A stretch of DNA of 64,000 nucleotides from Tubiluchus corallicola. Lineage: Eukaryota > Animalia > Priapulida. Location of the stretch: assembly GCA_030141605.1 (NCBI GenBank), contig JAQGDQ010000001.1, positions 1,922,001 to 1,986,000 on the forward strand, given 5' to 3'. Position numbers and translations under genes: made by a program. The notes beneath the pieces were generated by a model. That model did no database searches and was not told the origin of the DNA. It worked only from the letters and a program-made list of their open reading frames with translations. Positions 36,631 to 50,600 of the stretch are shown here, piece after piece. Position 1 is the first letter of the stretch. Each line of letters opens with the position of its first letter.

Positions 36631-38780
36631 TTAAGATTTGGTCCGGTTTTGCTGTAAATAAACTAAGAATGAAAAAGGCTTTGGAAGATGCTTGAATATC
36701 CCCGGAGTGGTTCCATCATAGCCTGCAGCTTTGTTGGTTCGCTTGAGGGCTTCGTTATATTCTCTCATAGTGAACGGGTTGTCTAAAACCGGGAAGTAGG
36801 ACAAATCCGACATGTTAATGTCGCTAGGTAAAACAGGACCACTGTTTAAGAGTCTTTCGAATTGCTCAAGGAAAGATGCCACGTCTGAAAGTTTTGACAC
36901 ATTTGAGAGCAGCGTTAAACTACCGTTACAGCCTATAGCAGACCATAAGCGTTTAGGGTCATTTGCATTAAAATCGACCACCACCGACTAATCTGTTTAT
37001 TCCATTCTGATATTTAGGGGATGGGGGGGGGGCGTTTTTGCCCTTTTTGCTGACATGTTTTCCGACATTCGAGTAATACAATCACCTACACTTGTACAAT
37101 CGAGTTCAACAACTGCGACATTGTCATCCAAATGCTGCAAAAATCTCGCAATGTCAATGTCACATTAGTGTATTGGTTTTTAATCATACATGTCTGATTT
37201 TCTTTTACACAGGGTACCCCTAAACTCGATGCCCGAAGCCACTCGTCTCTAGAGCCTGTACCGGAAATAGTGCTACAGCTCAGATGCACACAAACAGGAC
37301 TATGGACTGAAAAGCATCGCCGTCTAGCCTTGTGACTGCATTAACATTTGCTACAGTAATTTATGACTAATCACACGATCAATTTTTGAAATAAAACTAT
37401 TTCTTCGTCTGATAGTCAAGCCGGTTCTAAAAGTGCGCCCGTTTACAGCCAAGTTATTTAGGATTACTTTTATTATGGTCAAGCTGTCATCTCATTGTCG
37501 TGCCATGTCTCTTAAGAATTTTACCCGATACGTCTTCACTGGGGCTGTGAAATGTATGTTTCAACTGTTGGGTTGATAGTGACTTATAATCTCCTATATT
37601 TGAGCAGTTAAATTTTCGCCATCAACAATACGTTTTTTTGTAAATGTACATTACAACTCTTCTTTTAACTTTAGAAATAGCAAGATATCGTAAAATGGAG
37701 AATCAGTTGCAGTTATACGCATACAGCAAAAAATAACACTTAGACACGTGTGAATTTCTAAGCCAATTTATTTTTAACAAAGATTGATTCGAGTAAAGTG
37801 AGGAGCTTCTGTACATTTTATTTCTGATATAAATACCAAATCGCAATGAAATAAATTATTTTGTGAATCACGGTTTTTTAATTTGTCTTTTGCTCCGTCA
37901 TTGTTCCAAAAACACACAGTTACAGTATTGTTTGGTGAACCTGGGCACGAAAAGGTCATTTCCCACATTGTCGGGCATCTCCCCCTCTGCTTTCTTTGTT
38001 TTATGAAGTTTTGACTATTCTTCTCGGACAACTGGGCGTATATCTTTATTTATAAAAATCTTTCCTTCTGATTGAGATTATTTTTCTCCAGAATTCGTTT
38101 ACGTACATCAGATTTCTCGAAAGTAAACATGATCGGAGGCGGTTTGCTGGTATTTTTTCTAAGACGCTTGATTTCCCCTGAAGTTCTTGACATTGCACAC
38201 ACTGCTAATCATGACATTGCAAGTATAAAATATGCTCGATTTCTGCCTCGTCCTTGTACCCTCCAATGAACTGCGCTTCTTCGGGCACACCATACACCAT
38301 AAGATTTTTGGCCCTTGCTTTAGCATCTTACCTAATACCGTTATTGCGTCTCCACTGTCTGTATTAAATTTTCAACTGTTCGTTCTCGGCTTCTATTTTC
38401 TGACAGTGTAGTTATGTCCTGTCGAATAGGCTCTACCGTCGTTTCCAAATCTCTCTTCATATTTTTCCATATTGATTCATCTGATCCGAGATAATAGTGG
38501 ACATAAAACTATGGAAGGCGCTCGGACTCATTTCTAGCATTATCTTCTTTCTGGTACACAGTTTTAACTCATGTTTATTCCTCTATTAACGATTTTTCAC
38601 ATAATTTTTACTTCCACTCTCACTGTTACATGACTCTTTGTGACACTGTTCGCATTGTATTACACCATTTTCTTTTAAGCATAGAGAATCTTGACGAACT
38701 GCAGTACTTTTACATGTTCAACAACTTTTTTCCGGGTATATTTTCCGGAGTGGCTGTAGTCCGAAGTGGCTGGAGCTAAC
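36631..38780 (-). mobile_element. Degenerate LINE (APE endonuclease and pre-RT region), 3'-truncated
   Basis: VCFWNNDG...DLVFISE (APE motifs I/II) at ~37800-37930 and LDNPFTMREYNEALKRTNKAAGYDG (pre-RT KA.G.DG motif) at ~36700-36790; multiple frameshifts. Confidence 0.8.
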
Positions 38781-39667
38781 AAACATACAGCACCTGCATT
38801 GTATAGGTGATTACAGTAAATAGCTCCTATAGCGCATCTTATTTTAGAACTAGTCAGTTTTACGCACAGTTGATAAAATCACTATTGAAAAATTTGGGGT
38901 AGAGAATGTTTCTTTGTCTGAGCCCAATTAATACGGTAAAACATGGTAAAACAAGTTCACCCCATCTCACAAGCCTTGCCCTGTTTTATACTTACACCAA
39001 TTATAGAGTGGCCTTACAATCATGACAGGCAGCTGAATAGTTTCGACGAGTTTTTTAAAGAATACTTTGAAGTCTTTTAACTAAGTAACAGTGCCTTTAG
39101 TAAGATTGCTTGTAACTGTGATATGCAAATTAACGGACTATTACTTTAATGTCGAAAGAGCGGTAAGTTAATTGTTTTGTAACAACTACACTTCACTTAA
39201 AATAATGATGAAGGGCAATTTCGGCTTTGAGTCCTTGTTTTTCTTAATAAAAATCTCCTGGCATATACTTGACTGCATTGCATACTTAAGTTTAGCAGCC
39301 CGAGCCACTGCGCACTAGTTTGAAATTCTACCTGCGTTCGTGAATTCAAAGTATGACATTCTGACGCCATAAGAACTACAGGACATCTAGTTCTCTCCAC
39401 GTAAACACGAATTATATAGGCAATTACAGAGCTAAAGCAATAACCTCTTTAGCTTCCTGAGTGCGAAAACGTGCATACCAGAGCTGGTAACCATTGTCTA
39501 TGTTTATTTTCTCTGATGGAGTCGAACATTCTCAAGCCTTAATATTTGGTTTGGCAAATTTGTGTTCGAGAGCGCAGACCGGAAACAGCATCGGCAAATT
39601 ATCCTGTCTCTGTACGAAAGCTTACAAAAACCATCCAAGGTTTTGTGGTGCAATTCAGAATAAATAT

Positions 39668-40011
39668 TGTTACGGAGACACCTGTGTCGGGTCAGTTGTA
39701 GGGCCCTCTACACGCCCTGCTTCCACGTCAGCAGCGACTCACCCCTTTCTTGTAGGTCCAGACGTCTTGTTTAGGCCTACACGTGGTGTGAGAAGCCAGC
39801 TGACCTGGAATGCCAGTATAAAAGCGTGTAGAGGTCACTACAGCCTTGATTTCTGACACAGGTGCTCCTCGGGTGTAGTGCTGTTACTAGTGTAGAGTTA
39901 GTTAGTTATTTTTGTGCACGTGTATTTTTTGGTTCCTTATTTTTAATAAACTCCGTACTGTGTAGTTTTTGTGTATTTTGTTTTATGAGAGTTGGATGAC
40001 ACGCTATAACA
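39668..40011 (+). mobile_element. Solo LTR-like element, 344 bp
   Basis: TGTTA...TAACA termini, internal TATAAAA (~39817) and AATAAA (~39945), GC-richer U3-like part; no matching target-site duplication seen. Confidence 0.55.
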
Positions 40012-40536
40012 GGTGTAAGGTAATAATTTGTAGACATTAATTTAGCTAATTAACATTAACATTTGTAATTAATTATTGGTTGCACAACGATTATAAATGG
40101 ATCTTCATGATGCGAAATATCAGGACCGCCATGCCATCTTGGAGTTCGACCCCCTGGGTCGAATTCAGTCCAATATTAATTATAAACACGTTATTACCAA
40201 ACTAAACCTTAGCTGAAACAGAACAAAAATCGCTATTAACAAGTTTATGTTTTGCATTTAAATATTTAAAGCTTTTATAATGCCTATCTTTAGGTTAAAA
40301 TAGTCAAGAGAATGAATGAATTTTAACTATAGATGCGATGAAGAGTGAAAGAAATTCTAAAATTAGTGTGTTACTCGGTAGAGACTTTAAAAGCAGGCAG
40401 TGTAGTGAGTTAAAAACGAATAAGGTACTTTTTCATGGGAGACCTGTTGCTTGTCGTGGGACACCGTTTGGGATGAGAATGAGTGAAAGAAGAGAGAGGG
40501 TGTGGGAGAGAGAAAAAGAGCAAGACGGGAGAAAGT

Positions 40537-40576
<40 letters not shown>

Positions 40577-40585
40577 GTTACTTAC

Positions 40586-40984
40586 GTATGAAATCATTGG
40601 TAAATTAAATGCAGAAGCCAGCTTTGCATCACAAACACAGGTTTCTTGTGGACCAATTATGGCATCAATATTCCTGTTCCATACGAACTGCGCAGTATGT
40701 TTCAAGCTTTCACCTGACTCTCCGTAAGTTTCACCCACCATAAAAGTCAGTGTGTGATTTGGCAACAGAAGAGGATTATTATTAATTTCATTAACTGCCA
40801 TTGTTATAGCCCCACTCATAGAGTACCCTGGTCTGTCATATCCATCATCTGCGTATCTCCTTCTGCTACCTGTTATATAACCGAGCGTAAGACGCTCTGC
40901 ACTGGTTACACTAGAATAAATAATCCACACGAAGAAACACGGAAGTAACAAGTCCTTTCCTAGTTTCATCATCATCATTCGCAT
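40586..40984 (-). CDS. rGC-type gene B, coding exon 1 (signal peptide + ectodomain N-terminus, 133 aa)
   Basis: Signal peptide then LTLGYITGSRRR...YDRPGYSMSGAITMAVNEINNNPLLLPN...IIGPQETCVCDAKLASAFNLPMISY; donor TAC|GTAAGT, phase 0. The exact start Met within MRMMMM is uncertain. Confidence 0.92.
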
Positions 40985-42733
40985 TTATAATCTCAGTTTC
41001 ATATAAAAGGCATGCATGCTTCTACTTTGCTTTCTTGGCTCAACACTCTTTTGAGAGGAATGAAGCTGGATTCCGGTCTACTACTTATACGCCTTTGTGA
41101 CGACAACATGTTTATATTATGATATGCCAAAAATCACGCGTCAGCCAGTGGTATGGCTTGCTTCCTTCCGAAAGGATGATAATAAACAGACATTTGAGCT
41201 TTATTAGAAGGGAAACCACCCTCGTTCTTGTTCAGACTCACCAGAGAATTTAGTAAGTTTCATTTGTATAAGATAGGAGTTTTTAAATTTTAGTGAAACG
41301 AAATTGCAAAGAATCCGTCAATTATGGCGATTGCTCGATTGGCACATAGAACCGTAAATTTTAAGACGATATATCAGTTCTTTTGGTCCTTTTCCGTTTT
41401 TTGTTTATGCTATTGGTAATTCAATTGACTAGAATTGCTAACTAAAAGTGTTTGATGCATGCATAAACTTTTCAGGACGTGTCGTAATTTTAGGAATATA
41501 ACAACTTGAAAAAGACAAGTACAAAAATAAAGCAATTTGTTTTCTCAGCGTATCTATTTAATGTCAACGTAACTTTCTCGTCCCATTTTGGTGCCTCTCG
41601 ATACTGTGCCCAAAAACTAACAAATAAGCCATCAAAAATTAACGAAGCATTTTTGTAGCTGCTTTGCTCTTTTTGTAATTATTGCTTTCTAGATGGCAGT
41701 AAAAACATCATTCTAGTATTAGTATTCTACCATTATTTTTGTATAATTAGTGTGCCTTTAGTTTACAGTTGGCATGGAAACCAGGATTGACTTCACAACG
41801 AAACAAAGGCCTTGGTAGATAGCACGTGCACCCGGTTAGTTTATAAAATTATAATTAACTGGACATTGCTTATTCCTGCAATGTAGTAGGGGCTTTTCTT
41901 GGGTTTTGTCCCTATTCACCCCATTTTGCGGTACTATAAAAGCACTTTCTTTCTAGCACTTTAAAATGCGGCAAATTCAATTTGACTGTAATTCTGCTTG
42001 CAGTGTACGGATATTCAACCTTGAAGAATTTAGCTAATCTTTTACTAAATGTAGCTCAGATATTTGCTAGATTGTAGTTATAAAATCGTCTCCAAAATAA
42101 TAAACCGTAAATCTTTAATGCAAATGCTTCAAAAAGTAGTATTTTTTCTACTAAACTGCAAACAGAGAAGGTCCAGCAAATATTTGAAGCAAGTGCTTTA
42201 AAAAGTAGCATTTTTATTGCTAAACTGCTAGCAGAGAAAGTCGATATGAGCATCACAATCGTCTCGATTATCATTTGTTAATCAATACCCAAGGTATTTT
42301 TCTTTGCTAGTTTCACTTAACACAATGCCTTTAAATGTTATTTTTCCAAAGTTTATGCCAGACATAGATTTAGGCCTAAATGTCATAGCCTTTGTCTTAT
42401 TCGTATTTACTATAACATCATGATTATACTACCAAACACAATTTAGAATAAAAAATAACAAAAAAGTTATGGCTGGCTGAATGTAAAAATTGTCCCTATT
42501 CACGCCGTTCTGTCGTACAATGAATTTAAACAATTCTATTGTAGCCAGTATTTTAAATAACGATGTATGCTTAAATTCTTTAATATGGATCAAGTGGAGA
42601 GACAAGCTATTTGTACATTTTATTTAACTTTGTAATTAGTTCTTTGATAAATATATTGATGTGTAGTTTGTACTTTTAATTTTGTATATGCTTGTATTTT
42701 TGCTATATGGACGAGAAATCTGAAATAAACGTG

Positions 42734-43026
<293 letters not shown>

Positions 43027-43799
43027 AAGCCTTGTGGTTAAATCGGAAAACATTTAAAAGAGCTTATCTCAGAAAATGCTTAGTCTTAACAATTTTCCTT
43101 AATAGTCACTCAGCATTATTAATTTTAGCGAGGCACTATCACGTGGCCGGGTGCTCTTGGTACCCAATCGTTGTTTTTATTACTTAATTAATGCATTCCG
43201 TTTCCCGCTTAAGCCTATAACATGCGCACCATGTTTTTTAGGATAAGAAACTTTTCCAAGTTAAGAAGAGTGACTATCCCGGTTTATCACCGTTTCCTAC
43301 TTAAGCTTATAACATATGTTTGCATACTTTCAATGTGTAAGTTTAAGCCATTGTTATTGTTAGTAAAATTGTAAAATGTAGAATGTAAATTTACATATTG
43401 TAAACACGTCACATATTACATCTTGTACAACGTTTTTACATTTTATATAAAATGTAAATTTACATTTTAATAATAGTTTGTTTTTCATTTTGATGTCATT
43501 AACGACATTTATTTTTTTAATGTTGACATTTAATTTAATGTAAATTTATTGTTTAGTGTCCTTTATTTGCTTAATGTTGATTATAGATTTAATGTAAATT
43601 TATCAGAGATTTTGTTAACCTGTACGGTTATATAAGTGCTAATGGTGTGAAATTCCTACGTTTTTCAGGCATGTTCATGGATAGCGCTGCATACGTCACA
43701 GTTATTAAACGTGCCGAAGTTTTAAAATTATTCTTTCTTACTTTTATTTTAATAAATTATTTGCGTAATTCCTTACAAGTTCTAATTTGGCTTATACCC

Positions 43800-44543
43800 G
43801 TCGCACACGAGGCAAAATCTGTGTTCAGCAATTTGAGCTACACAAATTTACCGCACACAGATTTTTAAGAATACTTGCTTAATTTTCTGTCACACAAACT
43901 CAAAGTCATTTTCCCCCCACAATCCTGCTAGTGTCTGCGTGCTCACTGCAGCACTGTGCATCGTATAAAGCCAGATCAGACCAATAAAAAGCAAACTTTT
44001 TGTCACGTGTCACCTAGTAAATGTTTACTATCGTTAATAAAAACCTCACAGTTAAAACAATGAAAAAACACGACATTTCAAACCATCATTATGAGAAAGA
44101 GAAAATCACACCGTTACTGATTTTTTTATGTATTATTAACACATAATATACTATACTTCAAAGAAGGATACATTCACATATTCAAATTACAGAGACACCG
44201 CAATTAAAAACACAAGGAAGTATACACAAGCAGAAAATAGGATCACTGGCCACGGTCACAGAAGCCGAGATAAAGAGTATAAGGAACTTTGTGATTTTAC
44301 CCATTTTTCCTTTTTTCACCCAATGATAAACCACAGCGGTGGTTGTTGAAACGCAGTGCTTTCTATTGTGGGATTTTTATTGACTATCAAGTTTCTTGTC
44401 ATTAAGAATTAAATTAGCATTTATTTTAGTTATCTATAACAAAAGCTGCATCCACACAAAAGTTGCCGTGTGTACACATTTTGTGTGAGACAGTGAACGC
44501 AAAAGGCAGTTTCCTGTATACAGATTTTTTTGCCGTATGCGAC
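43800..44543. mobile_element. Old MITE-like element
   Basis: Diverged inverted ends gtcgcacacgaggcaaaatctgt / acagattttttgccgtatgcgac. Confidence 0.45.
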
Positions 44544-46689
44544 TTTCTGTCATTCTGTTTAAAACTTATTTCCTAGGCCTGTCTAATGTATTGGTCACGC
44601 CAACACGAGCACGTATAACAGGATTTTCATGTTAATAGCATTTGTGATTAATGAAACTTATTATTAATGCGATTTACACGTCAAGATAAATTAGAGGAAA
44701 GGCTCATAACGCTTAGGCTCTGTCGCGTAAACACGCCAACCTACTGTTATGTTTTATTTAAAATACAAAAGTTTAACGTCATACGGCTGCTCGTTCCTAC
44801 AACTATCAACGCTCACACTTTGAAGTCCTTGATAACCACTCCCTCATTTTGTCCGAAATGGAATAACGCGATGATTTCACTGAACTTGCGAACGGAAGAA
44901 AAGTAAGTTTTTGCGTAGTATGTTGCTTTTTTGTTGGCTACGCGTTGTGAACTGTGCTATGCTCTGCTGCGTTTGCCTTTCAGTACTGTTCAGTAAACTG
45001 CACTATTATATTACTACATTGTATTGCACTACTGTGTGCTGTATTAATTTTTATTAAACTGCCGGGTATCGCATTACAGTGCGTTCAAAGAGCCACACCG
45101 TAGTATTAGTTTTATAAAGTACGGGCTATAACATACACTGTTTCAGTGATAAGATTCAATTAGTAGGCTGCAGTAAACTATGATTACAATTGTTACAATT
45201 TCCAAATCTCAAAGCAGTGTCTCTGCAAATAAATGAGTTGAATCGTGTGTGTACTGTTATTGTCTATAAATAAGTAGTGTGCTATATAAATAACTAAATT
45301 AATCATAGTATTTCCGGCTTCTATTAATGCCTATAAATTGCTTCTACAATGCCTATAAAGTTATTTTTATGGCTGTGTTTTTAAGTTTAATTGCTCACAA
45401 AATGTCAAGTTTCATTAATAAATTATTAATGTATGCTTTTGAGCAGAGAGTGTAAAACACCTTTTGTAGACTTAGTGATATTACGCGGTTAGTGATAGTA
45501 ATAACACCACTTTTACATTTAGTGAAAGTGATATGGCTCGGTTTTAATCGATCGCTAGATGATGGCCTTAATCTGATTATATATACTTATGGACAGCTAA
45601 TAACATCATGCGCTAAGCAATCTTCAATAAATACAAGCAGGAGACCAAACTAGACTTCTGTGGGCGTCATGTACTCTTAATATCAGAGTATGATACTAAA
45701 AGGGTTCTTGACCTGTGTGAGGTAGTCGGTTAGTTAATTATTAATTGCAAAGAACTTCGGAAGACGTAAGGTACACGCGCTTAAAGTAATTTATAGGTAT
45801 TTTAGCCACAAGAATTTTAGAAATATGAAGCACTAAAACTCAATTTTTTGATTAAGATTTTTAGAATGTTGTGTAAGTTTTATTTACTCATCCTTACAGC
45901 CTGTTGGGAGGTTTCGTAATTACTTTATAAATATGCCAATTATATTTGCCAGTTATAAGTTAGTCAAAAATCTGCTTGTCTAATTCTTTATGGTGTTTGA
46001 GTGTAAGCGTTTTCAATGTTGCATTCACTGACTGTCTGTCTAACTCCCTCACTGCTGTTATTACACATTAGGGCTGTGAAGTCTAGATTATGGAATTGTA
46101 GTAATGGCTTTATTAAGTCATGCCCGATATTGAATCAAGAGTATGAAGAGGGCGTTCTTTATAATACTATGATGCAAGTTTCACACCCAAAATAAGGCGC
46201 AGATAATAAACGTTTTATATTGTTATAAAATGCTAAGCATGCCAAAAATTCGGTTCTTGAAGACACTTATAACATCTAATCCACTAACAAACCGGCAAAC
46301 AGTTTTTTACACTTCTCGTTTTCAAAGCAGAGCCTCGCAGGAATGCATTTGGCAGCTAACTTGTAATCACTACCATGTTGCTTGTAAGAAACAAACATCA
46401 GTTAGCCTGTAAATCTGTTGCCACCTATATAGACCGCCTAAGAAAAGCAATTTCGAACAGTGTCAGACAGAGTAAGGCTTCGCTGAATGTCGAATTTTTG
46501 CTATATCCAACTTAACCTAAAAATGTAATTATGTTCCAGTGCAAAAATACACTAACGAAAGAACATTTGGCGAACTTGACACGTGCTTTTTACAATTAAG
46601 CGTGAAACTGTTTTTGAACCACCGTTAACCGGCAGTAATTATGGAATAGGCGTTATATAGGTTTAAGACTACTGGTCGGTGAATTTCTC

Positions 46690-47090
46690 AACCAGCTAAT
46701 CAGCCAACCAACCAACCAGCCAACAATCAGCCAGTCAGTCAGTCAATCAAGCAAACAAACTAACCAATCGTTCAACTAACCTACCAACTTAACAATCTGT
46801 CAGTCAGTTACTCAATCAATAAATCACCAAATCACAATCCCAAATAATCAATCAATTAATCGAGGAATTGATGACTCAGTCAATCAGTCAGTCGGACAGT
46901 TAATCAAACAGTTGGTCACTCAGTCAATAAACCACCCAATTACAGTACCTAATTATCAAACAAATCGATGAATCGACCAATCGTCAGTCAGTCAGTCAGT
47001 CAGCAGACTGGCCGGCCAACCAGTAGTCAGTCACTCAGTTTATTAGTCAACTAGTTCGTCAACAAGGTAGCCAACCAACCCATACCAGAC
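46690..47090. repeat. Degenerate tetranucleotide repeat (CAAC/CAAT/CAGT)
   Basis: Decayed 4-bp periodicity. Confidence 0.75.
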
Positions 47091-47519
47091 ACCAAAGAAA
47101 ATAATCAGAAGAGGCTGAATTAATTAGAAGAGGCTGGACAGGTTCCGTACAACGCTACACGGCTCCTGCTTTTTACGTTTGTATAAAAATCACATTATTG
47201 AAAAGTTTTACAAATAAGTACTAAATCTCAAAATAAAACAAGTAGAACAATACCAAAACTAAGTTTTTGCATGTCGGTGGTTATTTATTTATTTTGTATT
47301 TATTATTTATTATATTTATTACGTACGTATTATTTATTAGAAAATAGATGCAAGAAGAATACATTTTCTTTAGAAGAAAGAGACACAAGTACTTTTCAAT
47401 TCCTTTATTGTGGGACATTTCTTCATATATTTATGTGCATATGTCTTCACAAGTGCATAGTTTCTGTTTCCAGGGGGCGTGCGTGAACAGTTGGCATGTG
47501 GTTCTTTCCAATAACATTT

Positions 47520-47648
47520 CACACACACACGTACACGCACATGCACGTACGCACGCACGCACACACACACACACACATGCATGCACGTGCGCGCACACGC
47601 ACACGCACACGCACACGCACACGCACGCACACACACACACACACACAA
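47520..47648. repeat. (CA)n/(CACG)n compound microsatellite
   Basis: Direct reading. Confidence 0.92.
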
Positions 47649-50600
47649 TCACTGCCCTCACGGGTGTCATTTTACAAAATCCGCCCTCATCAGGGATTAC
47701 ATACAGGATATTACTGAAGCAATACCAGTTATATTTTTGTATTGTATTATATGCTGTTGTGCTGTACTGTGTTGCTCTGCGTTCCATTGCATTGGTTTTG
47801 CCTGCATGATACCTAGGTTCATCTCACTGTATGACATAGCGTATGAAATGGGCCTAGCTTCGAAAAGTATATGTAATGCATCCTATGGACTGATATATGG
47901 TATAAGATGGAGGTATAAGCGTTACGTATCACGATATGGGAAGACAGGTTACAAGAACGGGACAGCATCATATTTTTTCGAGACATTGCAAGTTTACAAA
48001 ATTCCTACTCACTCGTAGAAATAATTAAACTAATAAAAATTATTAAACTGAATAAAATAATTATTTGGGGTTTTTATTTTTAAGGCAATTTACCTACACA
48101 GAATGGTTGAAATAGTCATACAGACGTTTGAGGATTTTCCTTTTACTTGTTCCGTGAAAAAATCATCGATGTAAATGGTCACGAGATTAAACATAATGAC
48201 GCAAATCGGTTTTGACATTTTTTCTTTCAACATTTCGACCATCATCTCATGCACTCGTCCTAGTGTAGCGCATGGCGGTCGTCAAGTTAGCGGACCAGGT
48301 GAAGCCAGATATATAGAAGCTTTCTTGCCTCTGCAGCATCGCTCATTATGTTAAACTAAACTTAGAGATGGTTGTGTGCTAGCAACTAACGTTTTATTTA
48401 TCATAGCCTTATTGTTGTTTGAATTTCGATTTCCTACTATAGAGACCTATGACAGCTTAACAAGAAGGTAAGAAGCTTAAGCGTATAAATTTGTTGGACA
48501 GTTAACAAGTATTCAATTTTTAAAAAAGGTTGGACATTTATCAGATCTGAAGTCTTTTGCGAATGTTTAATGAATACTTTAGAGTTTAAGCCCTGTGACT
48601 TCAGAACCATTATTTTTCAGCTCGTTAATTATATAATTATTTCTTAATATATTTTTGAGTATTTTGTGAAAATATGTGCTATTACTTGGGCGTCAAGGGT
48701 GCGTTTAAGCAGATTGCTGCGCCTACAGAATAAGCAAAATAATTGCCAACGATTTATATTAACGTCTTGGCACCTTCAGTCGCCTTTAGTATATTGAATG
48801 AAACAATGCGCATTGTTACAAATTTTATTTGCGAATGCCTGAAATGTCTGAATTGGATTCACTGTGCAATGTTTCCTTTTTGTTCACAATCATTACGATT
48901 TGTTTGGGACTTGTCAAATTTTATTTGAAAAAGTTATCTGGTACTGATTAATTAAATTTTAATTTTTTCTTTTTTGTAACCAGTAAAAATGAGTGAGCCT
49001 TTAATGGACAGTTGTACTTGCGCAAAAACTGCTCAAAAATATTTAAGAAAAATGCAGAATTTGGTAACTATTTTAAGAACTAAAGGTGACAATGGTAGAA
49101 AGTCTTTCATTCGAAGGACAGTAATTTGAATGCGCATAAAAAGTGATGATAAAATTCAGTGTAAATAGGAGGGAGATTTTGACGAGTTGAACATATTAAA
49201 GAACTTCTGACATATTTACCCCTCTATTAACTGAGTTTTAAGAATTTAGTTTCAATGTTTATATGGCTTTACACATTAAAATGTAGAAGTCACATCAGTG
49301 TTTATAAACGAATTTTACCAGTTTTATATATGACCCTAAAATACAGTGGGAACTCAGTGAAAGGGATTACGCCTCGTGTTTCATTAGAAAAAGAGCAGAA
49401 TTTAACTGAGCGACCAAAATTTATGTATAAATTAATTGGCTCTAAGACAACTCCGGTAAGGAAGCCGCTTGTGCAGTAGCGGTAGTATGAACAACACTAC
49501 AAGCAATAGCGGCGAGGAGCAGCAGCAGCAGTAGTGAATTCGAAATTTGCGTAAACTTTCTAGCACTCGAGAAGAGCAAGTTGCTTGCTTTACGCCCCCA
49601 AACTAATTATAAAAATTTCGAATGGACTAAGCAAAACCTCAGAAGGGCACTTTAGTGGGCGCAATAGATTTGTTTATCGGGTTTGGGAGGACGATTTTTT
49701 TAAACAGGGTTTTTCTCGGCTGGCACCAGACATTGTTTATCTTTTGTTATAGTTCAAAAGACGAAGCTGTGAAACAGACAGTTGAGTATGTTGCTTTTGC
49801 GCTTAGCTAGCAAGTTATGCAACGCCAAGCTTAATCAGCAAACGTATGGGTGAATGCCGGAAAAATTCCCTTTGGGTTCATCTGCTATACTGTCCTAATT
49901 GCTTATTACTGTTGCTTAGTGAGTGAGAATGCATAACTAGTCCGAATATTTTACAAACACAGTGTCTGTCTCATGCTATAAGATCATTTGGTGATCTGGT
50001 CCTTCCAACTACGTTACGGAGATCGTGCCGTAGAGTACTTGCAGTGTGTCGAACTGCATCCAGAAAAATATAAGCCTGTACACTATACAAACACACTCTA
50101 TTGTGCAGCTCAAACTTTGTCTTTGCAAGCATAATTTGAGTTGACCTTTGATCTCTGGTATAACCGAGTTTAAAGGAGAATCTGTTGCATTGAAGATAAA
50201 ATCTAACACGTTTGCTTTTTCACAAAGTTGAGTATTTTTCAAGAGATGATCTTGATTAGTTTAAAACTAGCGTTAATAAATTATTTAAACAATAGAACTA
50301 GTTGTTATAGAACTAGAAATGGAAACGGTTAGAATTGAACTTTCCTCTTTAATAATTTTAACCGATATACTCGAGACAATAAAATTTGTTCATAGTGTTT
50401 TAATGACTGTCTGTAGACCAGAGAAGCAGATGTTCCTGTAGTTTACTATATGAAGAAACCATTTATCATCTCGTTAGTAATACCTTTGGCTGTTCTCTAT
50501 TACCCTCGCGACATTAGTCTGTGTAGTTAATCATCAATTATTTCGTTTTCTTGTCGGTGAAATATGAGTTGAATTGAGCAATGTATCAACGGATGCCGTC

